From Carcharhinus longimanus (Eukaryota): DNA of 64,000 nt. The DNA lies in NCBI GenBank assembly GCA_030264375.1, contig JASCQW010000001.1:142079363-142143362 (forward strand). Reading direction: 5' to 3'. Numbering within the stretch: the first letter of the stretch is position 1; each line of letters begins with the position of its first letter. Position numbers and translations under genes: made by a program. Below are positions 10,576-22,490 of the stretch, one piece after another. The notes beneath the pieces were generated by a model. That model made no database searches. It saw only the letters and a list, made by a program, of their open reading frames with translations, and was not told the DNA's origin.

Positions 10576-12963
10576 CAGTTGTGAAGATCCCTCGCTGTTA
10601 GAGAAGGCTTTATCTGTCTAACGTTTCCTGGGTAACTGTTCAGGTATGTAAATCAAAAATGTCTATGTCAGAGATGTTTGCTGAGTTGTGGAGGGACTGG
10701 GGGAGTAGAGGAATTGACCATCAGAACTTCCCAGGCAATCCCCATGTTGGTCAGCATGTCAGGACTTCCACAAAGTCCTGTTGCGCATTTACGTCATATA
10801 TCTGGTCCCTAACATTCAAGAGGCAAGATTTAGGTTAAATTTTGAACATCTTTTAAATCTCATCCACTCTGAATGCACTAATATTTAGAAGGTTAAAACT
10901 CCCTTCCGGTTCTCTGACAAATTTAGCCTGAGATCCTATTAATATTCAAATTATTCTCGATTGTTAATGCATCTCCAGTAACCTAGTTTCAGAGCTCATG
11001 TTTAACTCAACACCTGAATCTCTGCAAGGAAGGAACAAAGGTCTAAGCAAAGTTACTGACATTGAGAGAGATCCAAGAGCAGCAGAAACAGTGTCAGTTA
11101 CTGTTGTTCTTAGCATTCCTTGAGGAATGTTTGGTTTGACACAGATGTTGAAGGGCAGCTGGAAGAGCTCTCGTGTTTCTGGTTAAACATAAGGCGCCTG
11201 GCTTAAGCACTTGTTGTTGTAGCTGTGTTGTTGCAGTCATGATTGTACAAATGTAAACATTTGATATGATTTTCCTATCTGTGAGAGAGCCACAAACAAT
11301 GCAGATTAGATCAGTTGTAATAAATTGCACCATTATAGTAAGGGATGCATTATTAATGGGGTCCACCATACCATATTATCATTTGAAGCTTTGTCGAATG
11401 CCTATCACTGGTAACATGATTACACATCACTAGATCTCGCTGCATAGTTCAAATTGTTCCCAAAGTAACCAAATAAAAGTCTGCAGCATTTTCTTCCTAT
11501 TTAACTCCCACACATAAACACTTTGTTAAGTCCTGCAGTTTTGAGTTTGCCAATGAAAATATTGGCAGCTTGGGCCCCAAGTCAAAATAGTATTGTTGAA
11601 AAAGAAGTCCAAAGTCTATTTCTTTTCCTTGTTTTTGAAGATATCAGGGTGTGGAATCCTGTGTCTGAATAATGAAACAAATTAAGAGTTTGTTCGAAGC
11701 AAAATAATAACCCACTTAACTTATTATTAACTGCATAATTTGAAGAAAGTAATGTATTAAATTACATACTTTAATTGCCTACAACAGCATATCTGCTAGC
11801 TTTTACACATCCCAATCTCTGCCAATACATGCAGCTATTGTGTCATTAGTTCATACTGAGCTATTGTACTGGCTCTAAAAGCCCTTCTTGCATCTTAAGC
11901 ATGGCTACACTCTAAATCGGTTCTGTTGTGATTTATGTGTGACAGTGGAAAGATAACAATCAGAAAGGTCATTGATGGGTTGCTGTTTATTTGTGGATAT
12001 TGGAACTCTAACTGGAAAAAGTTGGTTTGCGCATTCAAATCTAATGACCCAGTTAGTCTAATTAGTCAGTGTTAAATGCAGCATTAGCCTTAAGATAAGA
12101 AACAATGATCGATTGGCAAAGGGCACAGTAACCCGCAAAGTACACATTTAAAAATAATTCCATGTTGACTTGCATCATTATAATGCTCATAAAATTGTTA
12201 CATCCCATCTACATGGCCAGTTGTGAATGGAGGTAACTCAGGGATGGATGCAATTTCAAAGTAAAGCTTAACCCCCTTATTGTGACTTAGAATCTTTATT
12301 TGATACTCGTGTAAATGAGTGCCCAATATGCCATTGGAGTAAGCCTTTGATTTTCCACGCACTTATCTCTTGGCAACAACATACCACATTTGCACCATTG
12401 CCTAGAGCAATGCTAATACTGAGAACTAATACCATATTTATATTGCAATTTCTACTTGAAGTAGTTCCACAATATACTTGAACTCGATTTGCTCTGAATT
12501 GATCTAATTTGACCATAGAAGAACTTAAACGTCAGCAGTAATAGGGAAATAGCTGTACATATGCAGCTGTTGATAAGCCACTGAAGGTAATTTTGACTTT
12601 GTCAAGTGCCTCAAGACGTTTTGCTACATTAAAGTCACTTTATATCTGTGTGTGCAGTATGAAATGTATAAAGAGAGAACCTGCAGCCTATTTTGCATCT
12701 CATCTCTCCCATTGTTTTTAATTCTAGTGAAGTGAGAGGTAAAACAGGCTCACATTCAGCTATCAGACTTGAGGAGCCCATAGTAACTGGCTGCTGCAGA
12801 GGCATTTATGTTTGCCATCAACGACATGGGGAAAAAAGCACCGTAAGGGTGCGTGTAATTCCAAAGGCATTGGCTGTGCTTTGTATGGCGGCATGGTTAC
12901 TGGAAAGTTGAGCCGTATAAAGTACAATGTCAGGCTTACAGTTGGAGCTATGCCTTTCAATTA

Positions 12964-13131
12964 AGGGTGAATCTTCATTGTCACTTCCTGGCCAATAATC
13001 TGGCAGAGTGGATCACAACCCTTTGCCGAAGTCATTTGATTTTCATTCCACCATATTATAGAATTCATTGAGCAGGTGATCCGCTCTACCAGATTATCGC
13101 GCATGTACCCCTGTAGAGTTTACTTTTACCC
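12964..13131. repeat. Short palindromic element (MITE-like hairpin)
   Basis: ataatctggcagagtggatcac (12995-13016) matches the reverse complement of 13076-13097 at 20 of 22 positions. The outer agggtgaa / ttttaccct ends are also inverted. Confidence 0.7.
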
Positions 13132-13513
13132 TGCAGTGTGCTCGCACCTCTGGCGGATATTTTACATTCACCTCTTGACATTGAATATCGCATTTGATTG
13201 TTTTGATCATCCGTGGTAATAGGTTAAAAACCAGACCATCATCTCCCTTGGTTGACATTTTCACCTCAATTTTAGTATTTTAAATGGTTTCAAATTATGC
13301 ATTTAAGAGTGGAAAAAAATAGAAGCATTTCACCCATCAGCACTTTAAAAAGATTGAGTATTCTATATAAAGCCATTATCGTCTGTAGAGACAGGAAGGA
13401 AAAGAGCTCTTCAATACAATGCAGCAAAATAAAAAGTAAAGTCAAGAATCAGGTTTCAACTAATAAAGGAACTGGTAAGTGTCTTTAATATATGTGCTAA
13501 AAGGCTGGAAGGA

Positions 13514-13650
13514 GGCCAGAATTTTCCGACTGTATACACCAGTGGGGTTTTCCCATCCCGCTGCAGTGAATGGAGATCTGGCTTGTCACCAAAATCCTCA
13601 TCTTCATGCAGCGGGAGCGTGGCGTGAATGGACAAAAAAATCGTGCCCAT
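13514..13650. mobile_element. Short Harbinger-type MITE
   Basis: Ends ggccagaatttt ... aaaatcgtgccc, with an internal inverted pair cccgctgcagtgaa / ttcatgcagcggg. A related copy lies at 25047-25190. Confidence 0.6.
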
Positions 13651-13769
13651 TAGATTTATCTCAGTCAGGCACGGAAGTGCATTGGAATGATGAAAAGGGG
13701 AGTGAAAGAACTTGAAAATAGATGAACTGAAGTAGAATACATGAGAAATCAGGCAGAAAAATAGGGAGA

Positions 13770-14121
13770 CAAGTAACGTCTCAGATTCTAAAGTTTTTGT
13801 TCAGTCTTATCAGACTGCAATCTGGTCAAGAGGAAGATGAGATGCTGCTACTAAAGTTTGCATTGGTTTTGGAAGAAAGTAGGAGAGCAAAAGCAGATGT
13901 GGGAAAGAGAGAGAGAACTAAAGTGGTTGGTGAGTCACTGACTTCAGAATTATGCTTGTGCAGAAGTTCTCAAAGTTTTCATCTGAATTGAATTTGGTTC
14001 CCATAATGCAGAAGAAAACATGGTGAGCAGAGAACATAAGAAACAAACTGGAGTAAGTGCATGTAAATTGCTGCTTCATGTTGGAAAAGTGGTCCCTGCT
14101 CAGTAGTGGGTGAAGAGGCAA
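13770..14121 (-). mobile_element. Penelope-like element GIY-YIG endonuclease relic
   Basis: ORF 13918-14121(-) NMKQQFTCTYSSL...IMGTK resembles Penelope QVKQRFTCTSSNLVYCIRC...YIGETK. Downstream, QQHLIFLL.RLQSD.LN resembles EQHLIFRLGTLQP.GLN. Confidence 0.65.
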
Positions 14122-14514
14122 GTAGCTAACAAAACATAGACAAGTAAAAAAAAAAGATGTTAGGCAGATAGTTGGGACAGGGTAATCTTTTCCAATATGA
14201 ATATTTTAATGAGGCTTCTGCCATTGTTTAGGCCATTTAAAATTTGCATTGGGCAACATGATAGCAATAAGATTTTGTTTAAGCGTTTGTCTAACAACAG
14301 TTTCATTCCCACGGAAAATGGAGTGATAGTGAAATGGAGATCTCTCCACATTGGTTAATAAGATTTGCTTCCAACTAATTCATCCAGGTAGTTAGCTTGC
14401 CTTGATTTACCAGTGGATAAATATGTGTTGATATATGTAGCATTGTGGAGGGAATTTGGCTGTAATTCAGATCACAACTAGATAGAAAGCTGAACCTCTG
14501 TTCTAAGAAATGTT

Positions 14515-14682
14515 GGGCGGGATTTTTTATGAAACCCTGCCACGAAAGGTGACCCACGATTGATCATTGTCAATGGGGTTTCACATTGAATGTACCCCTT
14601 GCCGCCATGCAAGCCATGGCAGGGTGCGCTCTCAGTGGGACTGCAAGATCCTGCTGACGTGAATGACCAGAAAGTTCTGGCT
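14515..14682. mobile_element. Harbinger-type MITE
   Basis: Ends gggcgggatttt ... aaagttctggc, with a GC-richer interior similar to 17990-18160. Confidence 0.5.
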
Positions 14683-17669
14683 GTTGTCTCTTTTTTGCCT
14701 TGTAAAATTGCCAACACTAGTAACTGTGACATGAATGATGACTTTTAAACTTAAATTAAAATGCTTTTTAGTTTTTACTACTTTTTTAGGCATAATCATT
14801 AAAATAATAAACTCCTGAAAATCAGCAATGGCCAAAATTATGACAGGCTTACAGCAGAAAGTGGTTTTTCATCTTATCTGTAATTATGGTGTAACCCTGA
14901 TTAACTTTCATATGTACTAGCATTGAAGAGATGTCTCAGTTTAACTGGTACACCATCAGTTTTCTGGAATATTTAGATAAATTCGTACCTTGTGGTCAGA
15001 TTTTGTCTCGGCGTGAAGGGAGGTTTCTCTGATTGAAAACTGAGGTCTGAATTTTAATGTGGCTGGATGGTAGTTAATGTTTGTTAGAATAAGGGAATTT
15101 GATATCCAAAGTTATAAACTTGGGAATCCCTATAACTGGAGCATAGTACTCAGTACCAAAGGGTCGGATGATGTATTTTGAATCCTGACTGCTCTCAGTT
15201 CCTATGTGGAATGAAAGCTGCAGTGGAGAGGAAAGATCAGGCTGTGTGGTCAAGCTCTGTTAATACTTTGTGCCTCTCAATCACCGACCAAGAAAGGAAA
15301 TGTTGAGGAAAAATCTCGGAACACCGTTTCCCCCCTCCCCTCTCTCAGCAGAGAAAGGCCTTTAGAGTTCAAGGGACTAATGAATATAGATAGCTTACTT
15401 GAAAATTTACACCCGAAGTGCTTAAATCACCAGCTGTGTCACCTCCACTGCAGTACTGCCATTTTGACCTGTGTATCACAAAGATCCATCATGGCTAGCT
15501 AGTAAAATAATTTAACTCTCGGAATTGAAAACTGTTGAATCTTCCAATATCATTTAATAAATAATCTCCCTACCTCACCAACTAATGTAGCAGATTTTGT
15601 TTTTTGCCATGTGGTTGTGTGGTGCAAAAGTAAAGTAAATATCAAATTTTGCAGTAAAACATTTTGGTGGCAGTCATGACCTTTAATAGCCCCAAGAACA
15701 TGACCATTACTTCTGGTTACAAAATAAACAACTATAAATAATGTGCTGGATCTCAGATTACACATGTGGTACAACTGCTGAAAAAACACATTTGACGCGA
15801 CTGGACGAGTCCTATTGTCATTCAAGCCTGCGATTCAGATTTACAACCCCCTTGTGGAATCAGTTCTGGACTTTACAAGACTGCTGAGTAAAGAACTGTA
15901 TAACAGTAATCTCAGAGTAGCAAAATTCATACACAACCTGCTTGTTATTATCATTGAAATGGCTCTGCTGAATCCCACTCAAGGAAGATATGTAACCTTC
16001 AAATGCAAAAGTGAGGTATCTAAAAGGAAATCCTAGTTGTAACCATTAATGTTTTAAATGGAGATGCACAAAGGAAAGAAGGCAGGGAAAGGTCAGCTAA
16101 ACTCTGGAAGGTGATTTTATGCTATTTTACTAGTCGGCCAATTATTGGAGCAGAAAGCAAGAAAAACGATAACTGTGATTCCTCTGGAAATGCCTTATCT
16201 TTCCTGTCACAATGTGTTTGTGTGGCCCAAATCTGATCTCAGTTTGTTTACTCCATCAGAAGATTTTGATGTTGGCTTGATATTTTTTTCGTTGCACTGT
16301 TTGATTGTGCAGTGTTGGAGATTAAACCCAATGTGTCAACCAAGTGATACTTTAGCAGCATGTATGTGAAGTAGACTGGGAAAGCAGATACCCAGAGAGG
16401 TTTGATCTGCCGCTGTTTAAATGCCTGTTAGTTGTAATTTTGCCAGACCTTTAGAAGGAATTTGATGTTGTACAGTATTGGTGAGAGTAATAATTATTCC
16501 TTAATCACTCAGGGCAGCTGCATAATAAAGCATGTTCACTTACAGCATTTGAGTGGATGCTGATGGGTAATTCTTCTGAAGTGTTTCTTTTTAGTGTGGC
16601 TGCTGTTTAGTGGAAAGGGGAGAAGAAAGAACATTTTCAATTCCAATCTGACTTTTGAAGAAAAGCTGATTGTANNNNNNNNNNNNNNNNNNNNNNNNNN
16701 NNNNNNNNNNNNNNNNNNNNNNNNNNNNNNNNNNNNNNNNNNNNNNNNNNNNNNNNNNNNNNNNNNNNNNNNNNCTGATTGTAGCCTTTGGAATGCCAGC
16801 ATTGATTTTCCAGACTTGTGGTATACATAGTGCACACTGTAAGTCATGGGATGTGGTGCAATCACTTGTTCTGTCAAAATGCTGCAATCTTTGCTTTTAC
16901 AATAAATGTGGGTGATGGAGAATTTAAAACCATGCCGTTGCAATATTTTAATTTAAGTGCGTACCAGTAAAGTATATAATTTGATATATGTGCCTGTTAT
17001 GATCAGTTTAGCGTACGCTCAGTTCTCTTAGGTGTGTGAGTTTAGCCAAATGCTTGAGTTTAGACACGTTTTATAATAGCTCTAAACATGGCATTACTAA
17101 TTCTGCAATTCCATCATGCACAAAGTACAAGTGGCCAAATTAGAAATTACATGCTTTTCGCTTGCATTAAAAATCAAAACTGTTCTTCCACAATGTAACT
17201 TCTGTTCTGATATAATGAAGGAGAAGCGATGTTTTTTATTCCAATTAGGCACTAAGAAAAGGGTACAACTAACAGCTTGTTCATATGTTAGAATGCATGC
17301 AACTGATACAGTGAGGGATGGCATGATATCATATCCCATGACAAAACCCAAGGATTTCTACTACTACGAGTACCATAATTTACTGCAGGTAATACAATTT
17401 TACGTAAAATTATCTAGGAGCAGTGACCATTGCAATTTATAAGTGAATTTGAATAGCCACAACCCATTTGCTGCAACAAATCACTCGTCCTAATTACAAT
17501 TAATTTGTTGTAGTCTAATATTGGTGGTGTAGTGTCATATCAGTGATCTAATAACTAAAGCCTTGATGTTTATGCTGAGTGATGATAGCAGCTTTGATGG
17601 ATCCAAATCAAATTCCTCTGTCCATTAGAATAGTAGACAAAAGGATTTGATACAGACTCAGATAACACC

Positions 17670-17895
17670 ACAGAGAATAATTTCTAGATTTATATCTCAT
17701 AATGTTACACAACATTAGCATAGGTAAAAATTCCAAGAAGTTTTGTGCATATGTTTTCAGATAAAAATCAACACCAAGTCAAGGAATTGGTATTACTATG
17801 GCTGACTGAAAGCTTAGGTCAAAGAGAGAGGTTTTAGAAATCTCTAATTAAAGGAAGGGAAGAAGTTTAGGAATGGAATTCCAGAGTTTTGGAAT
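17670..17895 (-). mobile_element. L2 LINE 3' relic
   Basis: gctgactgaaagcttaggtcaaagagagaggttttagaaatc...ggaattccagag resembles the reverse of the L2 ORF2 C-terminus (LWNSLP...FK.LLKT.LF). Confidence 0.5.
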
Positions 17896-18457
17896 TCAAG
17901 ATCCGTTACTGCAGATCAGCTGGCATGTTATTGCATTTATCTTTAGTTACAAATGTTAGTGTATTTGAACTTTCTGGGTAGGAACCCCCTTCTCCCCCTC
18001 CCCGTTCTCCACTTCATGTTTGGTGGTGGCAAGGATCTTTTGGTTCTATTCCTGTCAATGGGATTTCCCGTTGAATGCACTCTGTTACCGGGCAACCCGG
18101 GGATATCTGTTGGCGGGACCAGATGATCGCACTAGCAGGAATGGCTGGAAAGTTTCAGCTACAGTGGTAGTATGTAATACATGAACTAATTACAAACAAG
18201 TTTTTATGTTGTTTCATGACCAACTATGAATTATTTTTAAAAAAATTCATCCTTAAAGTGACAGTGTCAGAAAGTTTCTATGTAATTTCAGCATAGCTAA
18301 CCATTTGAACACAGTATGTATGAATCATTTCTTTCCCTATGAACTGTTTTAATGAAAAACATCCTAAAATTTTCATGCAGTATTGTATTTTTGTGGTGAT
18401 ACAGTTAATAAGTAGAGGTAAAGTATAAATACATTCACTGCAGATGTGCCTTTTGCA

Positions 18458-18715
18458 GGGGCAGCATGGTAGCACAGCGGTTAGCACTGCTGCCTCTCAG
18501 CGCCAGGACCCGGGTTCAATTCCCAGCTTGGGTCACTGTGTGTGGAGTTTACAAGTTCCCCTCGTGTCTGCATGGGTTTCCTCCGGGTGTGAAAGACATG
18601 CTGGTTAGATGCATTGACGCAAACAGGCGCTGGACTGTGGCGACTAGAAGAATTTCACAGTAACTTCATTGCAGTATTAATGTTAGTCTTATTTGTGACT
18701 AATAAATAAACTTTA
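18458..18715 (+). mobile_element. HE1-headed SINE, alternative tail (type B)
   Basis: tRNA head with A box (tggtagcacagcgg) and B box (ggttcaattccc), a shortened central domain, and tail ttcacagtaacttcattgcagtattaatg...gtgactaataaataaacttta. Confidence 0.85.
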
Positions 18716-19031
18716 CCTTTCTTCAAAGAAAGAGATGACAAAACAAAAATTAAATGTCACCACTTATTTTCATACAAGAGTTACTGCGTTACTGAGCAAT
18801 CAGCTATTTGTGAAGACATTTTTGAGAAACTTAATAAAGTACAATATAAATATATGCTTGTCATTTTTTTCAATTTTAAAAATCACATTGAACATGAGCA
18901 GATGAACAGTCAGCATCTGAAACAGACGATTCCAGTGTAATCCTGTACCAGAACTTAGATTTTGTTTTATTTGTTTTGTTCCATCAGTGTAATCTCATTT
19001 GATTTAAAGTGGACGACAATTTGTACTAGAA

Positions 19032-19290
19032 GGTCACGTGGCGCAGTAGTTAGTGTCCCTGCCTCAGCCAGAAGCTCTGGATTCAAGTCCCACCCCAGGA
19101 CTTAATGGCCAAGGAAGGCACATTCATAACGTGGTCAGACAGGTTGAATATCAAACTGCAAAATCCTTCCAACGCCAGTAGCAGGTGATAAGAGTGGGAT
19201 AGACTCCTGTTTAGCAATGCTTAATGTGAAGTGGCACTCCTCAAGCTATAAGCCACCGATTAAGCCGGTAACTTGTTTAAGGAAAACCTC
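19032..19290 (+). mobile_element. tRNA-derived SINE of a different family
   Basis: A box gtggcgcagtagttag and B box ggattcaagtccc, followed by a non-tRNA body unrelated to the HE1 copies. The 3' boundary is approximate. Confidence 0.6.
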
Positions 19291-19384
19291 AGAATGGGAG
19301 GTGTAGGAAGAGAAACATCAGGCTGTATTTCCATTTTTAAAATTTGAGTGTACTCATTATATTTTCTGGCCTTTTTATTTCCAG

Positions 19385-20304
19385 GACCCAGTTCCCAGTT
19401 GGCGTACACCATTGCATCTGGAGATTCACTGCAACATTTTGATATAGATAATAATGGCATCCTGCATATTAAGCAACAGCTGGATCGGGAAAGCCAATCA
19501 TTCTACAACCTGCTGATAAGGGCTCATGATTTATCTCTTCCCCTAGCAAGTAGACTTACAAGCACTGCACAAGTCTCTGTTATTCTGCTGGATGTCAATG
19601 ATAGCCCACCGAAGTTTATTTCATCTAAGATAGCCTACATGCAGGAAAACTCTCCAATGAACACTGTCGTCTATAAAGCCCAAGCCACTGACCCTGACAG
19701 TGGACCGAACAGTTATGTTGAGTACACGCTAAGGCGCTCAGGAAACAAATTCAGTATTGGGACAATAAATGGGGAGTTGCGACTGACTGGTGAACTTGAC
19801 AGGGAAGAAGTCTCGAATTATACATTGACTGTGATTGCTACAGACAAGGGCGAACCTCCACTCTCATCGACAATGGATGTTACTGTGATTGTGCTTGATG
19901 TGAATGATAACACACCTGTCTTTCAACAATCTCTCTATGAAGTTGAGATTAGTGAAAATACCCTTAGTGGCATTGATCTCATTCAAGTTACTGCAACTGA
20001 TTTAGATGAAGGAGCTAATGGTCAGATCCGTTATCATATCGCCCAGGGCAATCACAACAATGATTTTCGAATTGACTCTGTTACTGGTATTGTATCAGTA
20101 GCTAAGCAACTTGATCGTGAAACGAGACCTTCATATTCTCTGATTGTCCAAGCAACTGATCGTGGAAGCAGCCCACAAACTGCAACAGCAATAGTAAAGG
20201 TTGATCTCACAGATGTGAATGATTTTATACCAATCTTTGAATTATCACCCTACACAGTGCACGTGCAGGAAAATGCACAGAATCTGCCAAAGTCTGTTTT
20301 ACAG
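19385..20304 (+). CDS. FAT4: FAT4 internal coding exon (920 bp), about 3 cadherin repeats
   Basis: Acceptor tttttatttccAG at 19383-19384, donor GTtagt at 20305. Phase 1 to phase 0. Contains three LDRE motifs, DVNDS/DVNDN/DVNDF linkers and ATDPDSG/ATDLDEG motifs, within ORF 19348-20412. Confidence 0.96.
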
Positions 20305-21135
20305 GTTAGTGAAATCAAGAATTTATTGTGGTCTGCAATAATAGTTCTTCCATTTAGCTATAAGATCAATATTATAATTAAATCTGATGACTATGTTGCA
20401 TCCATGTGTTAGTCAACCTCTATATTATGTTTCTCCTAATGCTGAAAATGTAGCAAATCATACTGGTCTGGGCTTTGCTCTGGAGATGTAGGTGATGCTG
20501 TTAAGTGGTCATGAACACATTGGGCAGATTTCTCAAATGGCTAGAACTTAACTGATTGCCATAGGTCCTGATGTTGATTGGAAGGAGGTCAACTGTCCCC
20601 ATCCCCACCTCTTTCCCCACAGTCAGCTTGTGGGGTGGGGGATTACTGGGTAACTTATTGGATCTGAAAGAAAGACTGCTTCGCCCTAAAGGCACGTATT
20701 TCATGAATTCAGTCCCTCCTGCTTGTTTTATGCTGCTATGTTTCCTGAAACTTGGGATACCCAGTCACCTATGACTAAAATAGAATAACTGCTAAAATGA
20801 AGACATGGGGCCTCAATTATTTAAATATTTATCTAAATATTTAAACTTAATAATCCATTTCCTATGAGCAAACAGGTCTCCAGTTCCTCGTTCCAGCTTC
20901 GTTAAAACTAAAACTGGGCAGAATCAAGGAGAGTTTAGCTCCTGCCACAGATTTTTTGCTTTTTAACCTCTAACGCAACTTCAGCCCAACAGATTGAGGT
21001 GTTAAGATTCAGCCCTTTTTTTGTAAGTACAGTGACTATAACTAATTGAATGTTTTATGTGAGCTCTCACCAGTGCTTCTTTGAATATTACTGTGACATC
21101 ATTGGATTTACATATCCTCTGGATTTATGCTATAG

Positions 21136-21310
21136 GTTGTAGCTCGTGATGATGACCAAGGGCTGAATGGCCAGCTGACTTACACAATTGCTGGTGGGAA
21201 TGCAGAAGAAGCTGTTACTTTGACACCCAGTGGGCTGCTAAGCCTGGTCATGAACCTGGATCGTGAAACAACAGCACAATTTGTCCTGACAGTCATTGCT
21301 ACAGATGCAG
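21136..21310 (+). CDS. FAT4: FAT4 internal coding exon (175 bp), cadherin repeat
   Basis: Acceptor tatgctatAG at 21134-21135, donor GTaaaa at 21311. Translates VVARDDDQGLNGQLTYTIAGGNAEEAVTLTPSGLLSLVMNLDRETTAQFVLTVIATDA(G). Phase 0 start matches the previous exon. Confidence 0.94.
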
Positions 21311-21360
21311 GTAAAAGCAAGTCTCATCTGTATTCCAAAGTTGTTCAGTGGGTTGGTGTT

Positions 21361-21620
21361 GGTGGCACAGTGGGTAGTCCTGCTGCCTCACAGTGCCAGG
21401 GACCTAGGTTCGATTCCGGCCTTGGGTCACTGTCTGGGTGGAATCTGCTCGTTCTTCCCGTGTCTCTGGTTTCCTCCAACAGTCCGAAAGACATGCTGGT
21501 TAGGTGGATTGGCCATGCTAAACACTCCCTCAGTGTTCCAGAGTGTGGTGACTAGGGGAATTAGACAGTAACCTCATTGCAGTGTTAATGTGAATCTACT
21601 GATGACACCAATAAATAAAC
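21361..21620 (+). mobile_element. HE1-headed SINE, type-B tail
   Basis: ggtggcacagtggg...ggttcgattccggccttgggtcactgtc...acagtaacctcattgcagtgttaatgtg...gacaccaataaataaac. Confidence 0.85.
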
Positions 21621-22334
21621 CTCTCACACATTTTGAATGTGCTGCTTATGAGGTTAAGCATCATCCTTAATGAAAGTACAGATTGAAAACCAGGCACAGA
21701 ATACTGAATACTCCCAGCATTTTGTTTTTATTTCAGCTTTCCAACATCTGCTGTTGAAAAAGTCATTGCGTTGTTAAATTCATTAAGGGATATGATATAT
21801 TATTTACAGAGAAATTGTTTCTCGGGTTAATAACTAGTTATAATATAATCATAGGTCCTTTCTTCTGCCCATTTTAAATTCTCTGTCACCTGACCTTCCT
21901 CATATCCAGTCCCCAAGTTCTTTCAGTTTGTCTCTGAGGCCTTTGATAGGTGATCTGCTACAATATGTTTCAGTTACCAATAGCTTGAAATTGCCTGATT
22001 ACAGTGGAAGCTGACTGATATTCATGGAAGTGTAGAATGACACAGCACTGAGGTAGACCCAATAAGTGACAGAAAATTTAATGATTACAAAAAAATGTAA
22101 TGACCATGATAGGAGCTGGTCTTTTTCCATTGAATGCTTAGTTATATTTTCAATCCACCTAAAGGAAATGAGATGAAATTTCTTCAGATTTACAAGAGAA
22201 ACTCAAATGGATAGTAATTATAGGAAAGAATTTTTGAGTAGGTTGGAATATTCCCAAAATATTAACAAATTGTAGTTGGATGGATTGAGCTACTTTTCTT
22301 GCAAGCTGAACAAACCATAGTATTTTAAAATTAC

Positions 22335-22490
22335 AAATGAACAAAAGAGCACGAGTAGCCATTTGGCCCTTCGAGCCTGCTCTGACATGCGGTCAGATCA
22401 CGGCTGGTCTGATTGTAACCTCAACTCCACGTTCTTTCTTATGTCTGATAACCTTTCACTCCTTGCTTATCAAGAGTCTGTCGACCTCTG
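22335..22490 (-). mobile_element. Old CR1 3' end
   Basis: agagcacgagtagccatttggcccttcgagcctgctc...agatcacggctggtctg, the same tail type as 50695. Confidence 0.65.

Noticed and set aside
18458-18530. tRNA genes at SINE heads (also 19032, 21361, 51677, 57570)
   Set aside because: A and B boxes are present, but each continues into a SINE body and lacks a complete cloverleaf.
19348-20412. 354-aa ORF as a stand-alone single-exon cadherin gene with a signal-like N-terminus (MYSLYFLAFLFPG)
   Set aside because: The hydrophobic start is the translated polypyrimidine tract of the acceptor. Splice sites and phases link the ORF to the other FAT4 exons.
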